DNA of 64,000 bases from contig NC_068988.1 of NCBI RefSeq assembly GCF_001194135.2, positions 93,121,306 to 93,185,305 of the forward strand, written 5' to 3'. Position numbers and translations under genes: made by a program. Source of the DNA: Octopus bimaculoides. Lineage: Eukaryota. The notes below the pieces were generated by a model, which saw only the letters and a list, made by a program, of their open reading frames with translations, was not told the DNA's origin and did no database searches. Of this stretch, positions 1 through 15,071 are shown piece by piece (position 1 is the stretch's first letter; every line of letters begins with the position of its first letter).

Positions 1-81
1 CGGACGGACATGAGGCATTTTCAAAAACAAACGAGGGAGCCTGTATATGGTTACTCGACATGCTAGAAATAGCAATCAGTT

Positions 82-492
82 ATTCTTTTCTACTCTAGGC
101 ACAAGGCCCGAAAGTTTTGGCGATAGGGCCAATCGATTAGATCGACCCCAATACGCAACTGGTACTTAATTTATCGACTCTCAAAGGATGAAAAGCAAAG
201 TCGACTTCGGCGGAATTTGAACTCAGAACATAAAGACAGACGAAATAACGCTAAGCATTTCGTCCGGCGTGCTAACGTTTCTTATTTCTATATTGCCCAC
301 AAGGGGCTAAACATAGAGAGGACAAACAAAGGGATTACATCGACCCCAGTGCGTAACTCGTACTTAATTTATCGATCACGAAGGGATGAAAGGTAAAGTC
401 GACCTCGGCAGAATTTGAACTCAGAACCTAGAGGCAGACGAAATACCGCTAAGCATTTCGCCCGGCGCGCTAACGTTCTGCTAGCTGTCGCC
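82..492 (-). mobile_element. Dimeric tRNA-derived SINE (family B)
   Basis: Two head-to-tail monomers, each with an A-box-like GGCAGAAACGTTAGC (truncated in monomer 2), a B-box GAGTTCAAATTC and the central CCTTTCATCCTTTCGGGGTCGAT domain. Confidence 0.8.
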
Positions 493-959
493 TTTGCAGA
501 CATACCCTGCTGACTGTCTTCAAAATAAGATGACACAATCTTGTGAGTGGATTTAGTAGACGGAAACTGAAAGAAGCCCGGCGTATATGTGTGTGCCCGT
601 GCGTGCGTGCGTGTATTTGTGTGTTTGTGTTTGTTCTCATACTATCGCTTGACAATTGTTGTTGGTGTGTTTACGTCCCCGTATCTTAGCGGTTCGGCAA
701 AAGAGACCGATAAAATAAGTACTAGGCTTACCAAGAATAAGTCTTGGAGTCGATTTGTTCGACTAAAAGTGGTGCTCCAGCATGGCCGCAGTCAAATGAC
801 TGAAACATGTTTTTCCAACTTCCTGTAAACCATTAACTGAAGCTCAATAACCAGATTTCGGTTCAAACACCGGTGCTTATGTTGAAAGTATGAACATCTG
901 TCCTCGTTTATCACGGGTGGTTGGTTCAAACTAAGAGAAATAAAACGCCGTATGAAATA

Positions 960-3460
<2,501 letters not shown>

Positions 3461-4199
3461 ATCTAAACCAGTGCTACTCAAAGCGGTGGCTCGCTGCCTG
3501 TACGCGGCTAGTTTCCAGAAAAGAAAGAAACGTTATAAAATGCTTATAAAATGCTTATGTAATATTGTATTATTTATTTATAAAATAAATAGAAGATTAA
3601 AAATTTGTCAACTTTTATTATATTCATTATATATATTGTTTCCAGTATAAATCAATATTACTAAGAAATATTACTGGTCCCTGGCACATTGGAAAAAAAA
3701 CTGCCGGTACGCCACATCAGATAGTTTGAGATGCACTGATCTAAACTATCTTGCTTCGTAAAATATTTAATTGAAGGTAATATATATGTAGCGGTTGTTG
3801 TTAAGGTTTTGGTTGCCAGTTTGCAAGATGGAAGAAGAACAGTGATCGAGGTTGTGAAGAAATATTTATTTACCGTTACTTTGTTTATGTTCAAAACCAC
3901 GACGGGTTGTTATGTATAATTAGTAAATGGAAAAGCATGCGAGATAAAAGGAGTTAATTTCGGCCAGGGTGTGTACACGATCTCATAGTAGAATATAGAG
4001 TGAGATATGGTAATGTTACAGAGAATAACGATCATTTCTACTGGAGGTACGAGGCCTCAAATTTGGGGGGGGGGAGGGGACTAGTCGATTACATCGGTAC
4101 TTAACTCATCGCGCCCGAAATGATGAAAAGCAAAGTCGACAGACGAAATACTGCTAAGCATTTCGCCCGGCGTGCTAACGTTTCTACCGGCTCACCACC

Positions 4200-4214
4200 T
4201 TGATGATGATGATG

Positions 4215-4270
<56 letters not shown>

Positions 4271-4490
4271 CCTTTCTACTAAAGTCACAAGGCCTGAAAT
4301 TTGGTGGGAGGGGACTGGTCGATTACATTGACCCCAGTGTTTCACTGGTACCTAATTTATCGACCCCCGAAAGGATGAAAGGCAAAGTCGGCCTATGCGG
4401 AATTTGAGCTCAGGACGTAGTGACGGACGAAATACCACTCAGCATTTTCTCCGGCATGCTAACGACTCTGCCAGCTCGCAGCTTGAAGAA

Positions 4491-4548
<58 letters not shown>
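4200..4548. repeat. (GAT)n/(AAT)n microsatellites flanking a family B SINE
   Basis: GAT/AAT run at about 4200-4270 and a pure GAT run at about 4490-4548. Confidence 0.9.
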
Positions 4549-5249
4549 CTCTAATGGCTTCACTTCATTCATACCCCCTCGGCATTTCCCACCCAAGATA
4601 TGCTTACTTGGTTAAGCTGACGAGGAACAGGAATAGTTTTTCTCTTTTTTTTTTATCGAATAAATAGAAAAATAAATAGATTGCGTTTCAGAAGCACCAA
4701 GGATGTCCATGGAATCCAGACAAACTGGAAACATTAAACTCCGTTTAAGCAATTCCTTTTAACTTGATTTGTTGCTCAGAAACTTTCCCGTTATTATATT
4801 ATTATGCAATGTTAAACTTCCATTGATTTGGCAATATTTTTAGAAATATTATAGTTTGATACTAATGAAAAAAATACAATATTTTTTATATTACGTAACT
4901 GAAGAAGCACTGTGTCTCCTTCAGATTCAATATTTATCAAATTGTCCGGAAGCACATTGGACCGGCTATTCGTAACTACCGGGACTGCTTTCGCTGAGAA
5001 TGACGAGTTGAAACGCGTTCGATTTCCTGGGAGAATCAACGATACCAATTCCATTGGAAATATCCATCGGTAACAAGTAATACAGCATTTTTTAAAATCT
5101 AGATCCCCCATGCTGTACTGGGAAGGCTTCGAGAGATGCAAGACTTCTAAATGAGTGATAAAGTAGACGAAATTCAGAATTTTTTTTTCCAGACGCGCGA
5201 GATCTGAGATGATTCATTAACACGCTGGAGGCCGTCTAACGGTCTACAG

Positions 5250-5818
5250 CAGTGGTTCCCAAACTTTTTAGAGACGCGACCCACTATTTATGACACCAGT
5301 TTATGACGACCCACTTAACTCTACTGGGTAAAAACATTAATGAAAGAAACAAATTTATTTCAGATTACATTTTCGTTGAGGTCTGTGAGAAGGATGATCC
5401 TGTTTCTTGCTACGCTCAATAATAGAATTAACATCAGGTTCAATGCGTGATAGTTTCAGCCGTAAAGAATTTGAGAGCTGCAGTTTATTTCGAAATTTGT
5501 TTTCAATCCCAACTATTGCTGAAAATCCAGCTTCACAATTATAAGATGACGCGAAAGGGAGAAGTACTTTTAATGGTTCGGTGGAAATGATTGGGTACGG
5601 GGTTTGAAGAGACGCCCAGAACTGTACCAATTTTCGGATGTTAAAGGTCATTTTCAAGGAAGGGTCTTTGGATAAATCGATAAGTTCCTCATCAGCTTTT
5701 GTTGATATTCCAGTCGTCACGTCAGGTCGAAATATGTAATTTTATAACTTTTTGCGACCCACTAGGATTCCGTTCGTGACCCATCAGTGGGTCGCGACTC
5801 ATAGTTTGGGAACCACTG
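5250..5818 (-). mobile_element. Internally deleted hAT/Buster DNA transposon, 569 bp
   Basis: TIRs CAGTGGTTCCCAAACT at both ends. Perfect 8-bp TSD GTCTACAG (5242-5249 and 5819-5826) with a central TA. The minus frame encodes a hAT C-terminal dimerisation remnant (FW...YP.I....LKVLLPF.SSY.CE.GFS ... HPSH). Confidence 0.93.
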
Positions 5819-6059
5819 GTCTACAGCTCTCGGGATCATCCACTCTTTTTTTTTTTTTTTTCCAGTTATGAAAACCAAACATTGCTCAAAGACAAGCAGC
5901 AGTTATTCGAGAGATAGAAACCTTGATAATGTACTCAACCGACCATCTTTAATCAATTAGGATAATGTAACTCGCTTTTCACGGGAAAAGTAAACCACAA
6001 GCCCACCCACACTCCCTGAAGTCATGAAGATTATCTCGTTGATATCCAGTGCCAAAATC

Positions 6060-6680
6060 CTTAATACTGACGTCATTCCTGCTGGTTTATACAAAACAGC
6101 TGTGACGTTCGCCCATGCACAGCTGGAGCAAAGAGAAAATTCTCCAGAACTTCAAACATTCCGACATTGCGCAAGAAAAGGAAAACACCAGCTATGCGAC
6201 AACTCTCCTGCTTATCGCAGACTAAAATCCTGGCCCGGTTCCTGCTCAACTGTCAGCTGGAACACTTACAACAAGATCTCTGTGTTTTCCGTGCCGATCG
6301 TGGGGCTGTAAACAGGACGTCTCGTGGAAGATCACAGAGAAGTTTCACTTCCCCAGTAAATTTATTACAAGAGGTTGACGTTTCCATAAGCATGATGGTC
6401 AGCGTATTTGAGGCCGAACAAGTATGTGACACCTTCCCAGTAAAAACAAAAAAGGTGCCTATCAAGATAGAATGCCATCGGGGTGCCATGTGACACTCCG
6501 TTCATCTGCTTCAAGCACCATATTGATGGCAAGTTTTGCAAGTTGCACAACGCCCACCGTCTTCAGTGAGACTGTTCTCGGGGGCTACCACTTCGCCGAC
6601 AACCATTTTCTCAAAGAGGATAACGATTAGAAAATACAGAGAAAGATGGACCTGTTGTGAACGACCTGCAACAACTTTGA
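6060..6680 (+). mobile_element. Decayed RTE (BovB-like) LINE reverse transcriptase fragment
   Basis: Frameshifted motifs IPAGLYK, KILARFLLN.....L...CVFRADRG, F.V...., HIDGKF..L, HFADN and QRKMD match RTE ORF2. It ends at an assembly gap. Confidence 0.75.
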
Positions 6681-7379
6681 CNNNNNNNNNNNNNNNNNNN
6701 NNNNNNNCCAAAGCAACTTCTCCATAACGAATTCAGTCTCGGGAACAAAGATTCGAGGACGGCCTAAAATCATCATCATCATCATCGTTTAACGTCCGCT
6801 TTCCATGCTAGCATGGGTTGGACGATTTAACTGAGGACTGGTGCAACCGGATGGCTACACCAGGCTCCAATCTAATTTGGCAGAGTTTCTAAAATATCTC
6901 TTAAAAACTGCAAAATTGTGATTGACGTCTGGGAGATGCATGCCTCGAACCGACCTCACGGGCGGGACCTGATTCACATTGGTACCAAAGACACTGACAT
7001 GAAAAGAACTACTACTACTGGTGCTGCTAAGAGAAACATACATTCCTACTACTAGGTGGTGGTGGTGGTGGTGTTTTCGGTCGACTGCATTAAATTCAGT
7101 CTGAATAACAAACAAAACAAGAAAATGTTTGTATTGGCACTGAAAATATTGTTGCTAAGAGACAATGACGTCATCGCTGATAACGAAATGTCGAAGTAAC
7201 TTTGACCTGCTCAGATTATGTTACTGAGGTTATTCATACAAGTAGACGTCAAAAATTATCTGCACTTTCACCAAAGATTCACTAGATTGGCCGCACTGCC
7301 TTCAGCACTCGCGGGCTTACTGATGGTACTCCTGTGGTTACGATTGCTCCAGTTTTCCTTTACATGTTACAAAGGAAAC

Positions 7380-8110
7380 ATGGTCGCTCCGTGGGTATAA
7401 CAGAACTGAGATCAGTGATACAATTTCTCTGCTCTGAAGGTATGTCAAGGGCTGAAATTCATCGCAGGCCTTCGGTACAATTTGGGGACAGCGCTCTACC
7501 GCCTAGAAGTGTGTATGAGTGAATCAAAGAGTTTCAAAATGGCCGGACAAGCATAAAGCACGAAGAAGGGGCAGGATGACTAACTTCCTCCATTGACGTG
7601 AAGATTCGAGACGGTTCTGGCAAACTGGTGAGTGACCGTCAATGAGATGGCACGTTCTCTGCAAATTAGTCATGGTTCTGCATTGGAAATCAGCCACAAC
7701 AAACTTCGCTTCCGTAAAGAGATGGGTGCCAAGAGCGCTTACCGAAGCACATAAGCGCAATCGTGTGGAAATCTGTCAACGCTTACTCAACCGCAACAAG
7801 GATGAAGGCAAAACTTTGTGTTCGAAGAGAATAGTCACAGGTGATGAGGCATGGGTCTATCACTTTGAGTCAGAATCCAAAATGTATAGAGTATGGAAAG
7901 GAAACACGGAGTCGCCAGCGAAAAAGAAATTCAAGACTTGACCTTACGCAGAAAAAGTGATGGTAAATGTGTTTCTTTGTGGGGGAGGGAGGTAAAAGGG
8001 CCTATACAGGAACATTACCTGGAAAAGGGGTTTACAGTCACCAGTGTAGGTCACAGTAAAATATTGGTCAACAAACTGAAACCAGCAATTTGCACCAAAT
8101 GCTGGGGGTC
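7380..8110 (+). mobile_element. Decayed mariner transposase fragment
   Basis: ELRSVIQFL..EG.S.AEIHRR, then WVPRAL (WVPREL motif) and IVTGDEAWVY (first Asp of the DDD triad). It has several frameshifts and stops, and no TIRs were recognised. Confidence 0.88.
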
Positions 8111-8667
8111 TATTGTCAAAGCTAGTGTTATTGTCCAGGTTGACCTGGATGAGATATGAACTCAGAATGTAGAGAGATGGAAACAATGCTGCTAAGCATT
8201 TTATCCAAAATGCCAACGATTCCGCCAGCTTCGATCCATTTTGCTTGCTTCTACTTGCGATGGCATTTGCCTGGGGTAGGCTGGGGTTGCTCTGCCCAAC
8301 AAGTTCATACCTCCCTCGTGAAGGATGACCACATCCAACAGTCAGCTGCAGTTGAGGTTGTAATGGATACCCACTTCTGGTTCCACTGCCAGAAATCAGA
8401 GACAAAGCCCATAAAATTTAGTGTTGAAGTTACCATCTAAGGTGTAAGAGATCAATGGAATAAATACCTATCGTAAAAATTAATACTGGGGTGAATGTGT
8501 TCAGCTAAACCCTTCAAGGCGGTGCCCCAGCATGGCCACAGTCCAATGACTGAAAGAAGTGTAACATAATAGATATCTTGATTTTAATTTCCTATTATCG
8601 TTTTACTGTAGAGGAAGGGGTTATGCCTTGTGACCTTTGCAAACCCTTTTACACAGGGGAACAAGAT

Positions 8668-9092
8668 ATTCTTTTCTACTATAGGCACGAGGCCCGAAAT
8701 TTTTGGGGAGGGGCCAGTAGATTAGATTGACCCCAGTACATAACAGGTAATTAATTCATCAACCCTGAAAAGATGAAAGGCAAAACCGATCTCGGCAGAA
8801 TCTGATCTCAGAATGTAAAGACAGACGAAATAACACTAAGCATTTCGCTAACGTTTCTTATTTCTTTACTACCCACAAGGGGCTACACACAGAGGGGACA
8901 AACAAGGACAGACAAAGGGATTAAGTGGATTACATTGAGCCCCAGTGCGTAACTGGTACTTAATTTATCGATCCTGAAAGGATGAAAGGCAAAGTCGAGC
9001 TCGGCGGAATTTGAACTCAGAACATAGTGGCAGACGAAATACCGCTAAGCATTTCGCCCAGCGTGCTAACGTTTCTGCCAGCTCACCGCCTT
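8668..9092 (-). mobile_element. Dimeric tRNA-derived SINE (family B), second copy
   Basis: Same two-monomer structure and junction as 82-492. Confidence 0.8.
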
Positions 9093-9290
9093 AGAGACGA
9101 ACAACATATTAACATTCCTACCAAACAGTTGAAATATGCAGAAGAACATACGTTTTCGTTAAACTTATTTATTTCTATTATATATTAATTTTTTGTTATA
9201 TAAAACCTTTTATTTTACAGCTACATTCACTCTGAAAGCAATAAAACATGGCTGTTTTACAGCATTGATCCAAATACTTTCATTATTTTT

Positions 9291-9303
9291 TCAACGCTTT
9301 TTC
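9291..9303 (-). CDS. MRPS9: MRPS9 exon 14, coding part (W-K-K-R-stop)
   Basis: Strong polypyrimidine tract TTTTTTCTTTGTTTTCTAG|G AAA AAG CGT TGA. AATAAA lies on the minus strand about 80 nt downstream (near 9208-9213). Confidence 0.92.
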
Positions 9304-12300
9304 CTAGAAAACAAAGAAAAAAGATACAGTAAATAATTCATATACACATTCATATAACAATGAAGTTAATATATTGTTTTCTACTCTAGGCACAAGGCCC
9401 GAAATTCTTGGGGAGGAGGCCAGTCGATTAGATTCACCCCAGTATGCAACCGGTACTTAATTTATCGACCCTGAAAGGATGAAAAGCAAAGTTGAACTCA
9501 GCGGAATTTGAACTCAAAGCGTAAAGACATGAAATACTGCTAAGCATTTTGCCCAGTGTGTTAACGATTCTGCCAGCTTGCTGTCTTAACGAAGTCAACA
9601 TATTGCCACTAGGAAGATGGTGAGTATTGCAGAACTGTTACGGCACCAGGATAAATGTTTGGCAGCATTTCTACCCACTTTATGTTGTGAATTCAAATGC
9701 TGCTGGGGCCAACTGTGTCTTCCATCTTTTCAGGGTCAATAAAATAAGGACCCGCTAAGCACTGGGGTCAATGTAATTGACTTAACAGCTCCCTTGAATT
9801 TACTGACCTTGTGCTAAAATTTGAACCCAGGATATCACATCATCACTGTTTAACGTCCGTTTTCCATGCTGGCATGGGTCGGAGGGTTTGACTGAAGACT
9901 GGCAAACCAGGAGGCTGCACCAGGCTCCAATCTGATCTGGCAGAGTTTCTACAGCTGGATGCCCTTCCTAACGCCAACCACTCCAAGAGTGTAGTGGATG
10001 CTTTTTACGTGCCACTGGCACAAGAGCCAATCAGGTGGCATCGACCATGCTCGAATGGTGCTCTATCAATATTAATTGAAGGTTTTGTTTTCTTTTTTTA
10101 ATTCTTTCTCTTGAGCCCCAGGACTCATAAGATCATTTATCCAGACCCCATGATGTATAAGTGACCAAGATCATAACATTGACCACTGAAAGGGACACCT
10201 GTCTGTTGCAGTGTTCAAGGCCAGCAATTCTGAAGGGAGGGGACAATTACATCATCCCTGTTCTTGACAGGTCCTTTCTCTTTATCACCCTACAAAGAGA
10301 TGAAAGACAAAGTTGACCTCAACAGGATTTGAACTCATAATGTAGAGAGCCAAAAGACATGCCATTAACCGCTTTGCCCAACATGCAAATGATTCTGCTA
10401 CCTTAACTGACCCTTTTACTCACGTCTTACAACAAGCAGGAAGGAACATGGGGGACCTATGTAAAACCAACAGATACACACTACTTACCAAGTACTCTTT
10501 TTCCTAGCTTTTGGTTGACCAGGCTTTTTACGTTCTTTGCGGCGCAAATCTCTCATCAAAAGTCCAGCTGCAATATAGAAACAGGAAATTACTTTTCTTC
10601 TGGTTCTTTCTTTCAGCATCAGGGCTAACTTAAGCATTCTTCAATAAGCTACACTTGTCTGTTTAAACCTTTCGTTACCATATTTCTGTTGAGATGCTCT
10701 GTGTTTCTTTCAATTACTTTAAATATAACAAAGAAATTAGTAAAATAACTTAGTTATCATTAAGCTAGTGTTAGGAACATAAATTGTGACTAAGGTTAGG
10801 TGGAAGATTTTAATTCAAAACTTATGAAAACAAGACATTTGTACTACAGAGCCAGAGACGGTTCAGCCGGGTTGGTATCAAAAGGGTTAAAAAATGGTTT
10901 AAATAATGCTACAGTAGACAGAATTATCCCTTATTCCAGTCAGGCAGACATTCAACTAATGTCTGCCTAAGTCATCCTGACATGGTTTAGAGCAGTGGTT
11001 CTCAACTGAGGCCTATGTGGCCCTTGATGGGGCTTCATACAAGATTTTGTTGCTAAAATTTATCTGCAATAAACTGGTTGTACTTTTATAATACACAGGA
11101 TATTTTAACAATTTTTTTACGCAATTCTTAATAATATTTAATTATAAAAATAAGATTTTTTAAAATATCAAATGACTATGAAGGTCCGGTGTGGAGGCGC
11201 ATGGCTTAGTGGTTAGGGTGTCAGCACCATGATTGTACGTAAGATTGTGGTTTTGATTCCTGGACCAGGTGATGCGTTATGTTCCTGAGCAAAACACTTC
11301 ATTTCACCTGTGCCTCGGAAGGTAACTTCCCAGGTGCAATCCCACGGTCAGTCATGACCGAAGGGGGTCATTTACAGTTTTAAAAGGAGGACATATTTGA
11401 TAATGTCATTTTAGGTATATTATGCCTGAAAACAAAGATGGATAATTATGGCTAGAATGCTTATCTACAGGATCAAAACTGACCTAGGGTTACACAATAA
11501 CAGCTAGATGAATATAGCAGTGCTCCAGCATGGCTAAGTCAAATGACTGAGACAAGTAAAAGAATAAAACCAAAATCCCTTACCCAATCTCATCTTCTCG
11601 ACTGTTGCACTGTCCATAAAAGAAGCTAAGGCCTTCGATAATGCATATCGAATGGAACCAGCCTGACTGGTGTGGCCACCACCTTCTACAGTAGCTTCCA
11701 CATCAACTTCTCCAATTTTCTTCACAAATTGAAGTGGATACAGCAATTGTGCTCTAAATAAATAAAATAGTTTTTATAGTCAGATATAAAAGGGTGGATG
11801 GAATCTAATGGCGTGTGAATATACATCGACTTTAGTGAAACATTATAACCAAAGTTATTAGAAATAAAAGTGGGATGGGACGATTGGGTGCAGCTGTTTG
11901 GACACTGGTGATGTGGCACGGCTGACTGGAGACTGAGCCTGTTCTGAAGATAGTCATTTCTGACACTAGAGGCAAACATGCACACACATACAGATAGAGT
12001 GAGAGAATACAATTTATTAATCAAACATCACTGACATAAACACTTTCTTCTCTTCATACACATAAAGAGAAATAAGCTAACACACACACAAACAGTGAGA
12101 GGTAGAGAAAGGGAAGTGGAGGGGGGGGGAGAAACATTAAAACATCTGATATCAGATTAGTCATTACGGGATCAGCAATGGCAAATAGGTGGTGCCAAAC
12201 CAGCTGCTTCGAAAACAAACTTGTTTGTCTTGATACGATATAACATATATATATATGGTATAAATTAGAATAAACGGTAAAAGGTTGTCATTACAGTACT

Positions 12301-15039
12301 TGTAGTTTCGAATGCCAGAACGAAGAGCTACAATAGAGACACAATGGAAAACCGTCAAATAAAAGGGAAGTAACTCTAATAGGTGGAAAAAGAAAAAAAG
12401 ATAAAAACATTATTAAATATATTAAAAAAACATACACACAACCATATTCTCACAATACATAGACATAAACCTCCATCATTCACGTCTACATACGTACACA
12501 CTCACACAAATATGTATACGTACATACACACACACACATATGTATATATACATCCTCCCATCACGCATCTACACCCACACATATACAAACATGCATATCC
12601 ATATAAGTGAAAATTGCACATGTGCACCAGACAGTCTTACACTCATATACATATAATATACATATGTATATATATATGCATGCACACACTCACACACATA
12701 TATGTATGTATGTGTGCAAGTGTGTACTTTTGTTGAGACATGACATTGTGTGATAGTCGTAAATGAGTGTCACTGTCACACAAGCAGTGTCGTTCATTTC
12801 CAATATGCTGCAAAGGAAGGGTTTGGCCATGGGGAAATATTATCTCTCTTAGAAACAGATGAGGGTTGGCTACAGGAAGGGCGACTGGCTGTAGAAAATC
12901 TGCATGGATGGATTAGAATGGAGAAAGGAACAATTTGAGATAATGAAAAAAATATATTTTTACCTTGATGATTTAGATCTAAAGTAAAGTAAGTCTTGAC
13001 CATTGATTATAAACTTTCCACTGCCTTGAATCCACAGCGTAAGAGAAGTCAGACATGATTTTCTTTTCCCTGGGAAGAAAATAAAATGACTTTACAAAAA
13101 TGTGAACTCTATATTTTAACAAAATAATACTCTTTATTGTCATCATCACCATTACAGTTACACATGTTTCACCATGTCGACATGGTTTGGCTAGGTCGGC
13201 AATACAACCATTCTATTCATAGGTGTGCTTTGTCACGGCCAATCTGCTGCCACCTAATCGGTACTGCTGAGTTGACACTGTAATTAAACAGTATAATTTT
13301 TTTTAAAAACACGAATAAAATACACATCTCCATGTGGGTGAAGAGTCACTCCCTGTTTTTGCTGAAGGTCCTCCACAACTCTGACTGCCTACCATTTCTA
13401 TATACTCCTCATCCAGGCACTGATGACTGTCAGTCTCAAAAGGGGCCCACGAGTGAGTGATCATCATGATCACCAACATTTTCCCCATGCCTGCATGGAT
13501 CGGATGGAGCTTACTGAGGCAGATTTTCTAAGGTAGGATGGCCTTCCTGTCACCAACTTTCACTTTCACAGAAGACTAGAAATGAAGGACACTGCTTGTA
13601 CGATAGTGACGATCATGTACAATTATCACATGAAGTCAAGACAAGAACACATACACACACAAGCTTCCATACAGTTTCCATCCACCCAAAAGGTTTTAGT
13701 CGACGTGGGGCTATAGTAGAAGGCATTTGTCCAAGCCAAGGTGTCATGCAGTGGAAGTTGAACCCATAACCATGAGGTTGGAAAGCAAGTTTCTTAACCA
13801 CACAGCCACGCCTCTATCTATTATGATAAATCATTGGAAATCATTTCAAATACAGACCAGAACTTAAGAAGAAAGAACAAAATGATTGTTGGACATTACC
13901 TACGGTTTTTGCATACTGGCGACCATCTTCATCAATAAGAGGCTGAAATAAGAACAAACAGATATATTTCTGAGGAGGACTAAAACAAATATTTTCCATC
14001 ACTTCAAAAGCTTAATTTATTTATGTTGAGTTAAGTCATAATGACAAGTTCTAAAAGGAATGAAATGGTGCTATACATGTTCACCTATGACTAGGAAGTC
14101 ATAGGGCATCAAGGGAAGGGGTGGGGGCACCACAGAAATGGTAAATGGTTTACAGCACAAAAGAAATCACTTTAAACTTGCTACTATAATATTCAGGATG
14201 CCTTTATCTCTACTCAGTATAGAAGCAGAAGTTTTGCGTAAAATTAATTTTAATATCATCGAACACTTTGTAATTAAAAAAAAAACGAAGGAGAAAACTT
14301 TTCAAATATAAAATAAAGTGGAAGCATACAAAAATAAACATTATTCTCCATCTTACTGTGAATTTTGTTTCATTTTGAAAAATAAAAATTTATTTCCTGG
14401 GTTTATTATAGTTTACATTTTGAACCATTTATGTATACTTGAGGGCTCCAAAACCTTTTAAGTGCTTAGGGCCTCTGTGGGTCTCAATCCCGCCCAATTT
14501 CTCTCTATCAAAGGAACCACAAGCACTACACATGATGGAACATCCATCTACCAAATCCGCTCACAAGGTTTTGGTCAGCCGAGGTAATAGTAGAAGACAC
14601 TTGCGCAAGGTGCCATGTGTGGGATTGAACTCAGAACCATGTGATTGGGAGGCAAGCTTCTTACATAGATCATAAGTGCAATGTTTAAATGGAACTTACG
14701 GTTTCAAGTTGAATTTGTGAAAGCTGGTTTTCATATTTCTTTCTGTATTTTAAAATGAATTCCTCTTCTGTGGCACTAAATTGCTGAGAGACCAGACGTT
14801 CCATTAGATTAATGAAGTTGTTATACTGCAATAAGAATAATAATACTCAAGACAATTTCTCTACAAAAAAAGAATAATATGAAGAACAATGAACCTTGTT
14901 TGTTTGTACATATAAAGAAAATGAGATGACGAAGGAATAAATGAAATAGTAATTTTATGAACTTCATTAGCTGACAGTTGTTTCTGCTCAAAGATGCAGT
15001 GGGGGCCTGAGTAACATCTTATAACTTCATCAGAGCTAC

Positions 15040-15071
<32 letters not shown>

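Noticed and set aside
4395-4667. Poly-Asp ORF
   Set aside because: It is a (GAT)n microsatellite read through from an antisense SINE.
11191-11290. tRNA-like A and B boxes here and at many SINE heads
   Set aside because: There is no complete cloverleaf or anticodon arm, and the sequence continues into SINE bodies, so these are not tRNA genes.
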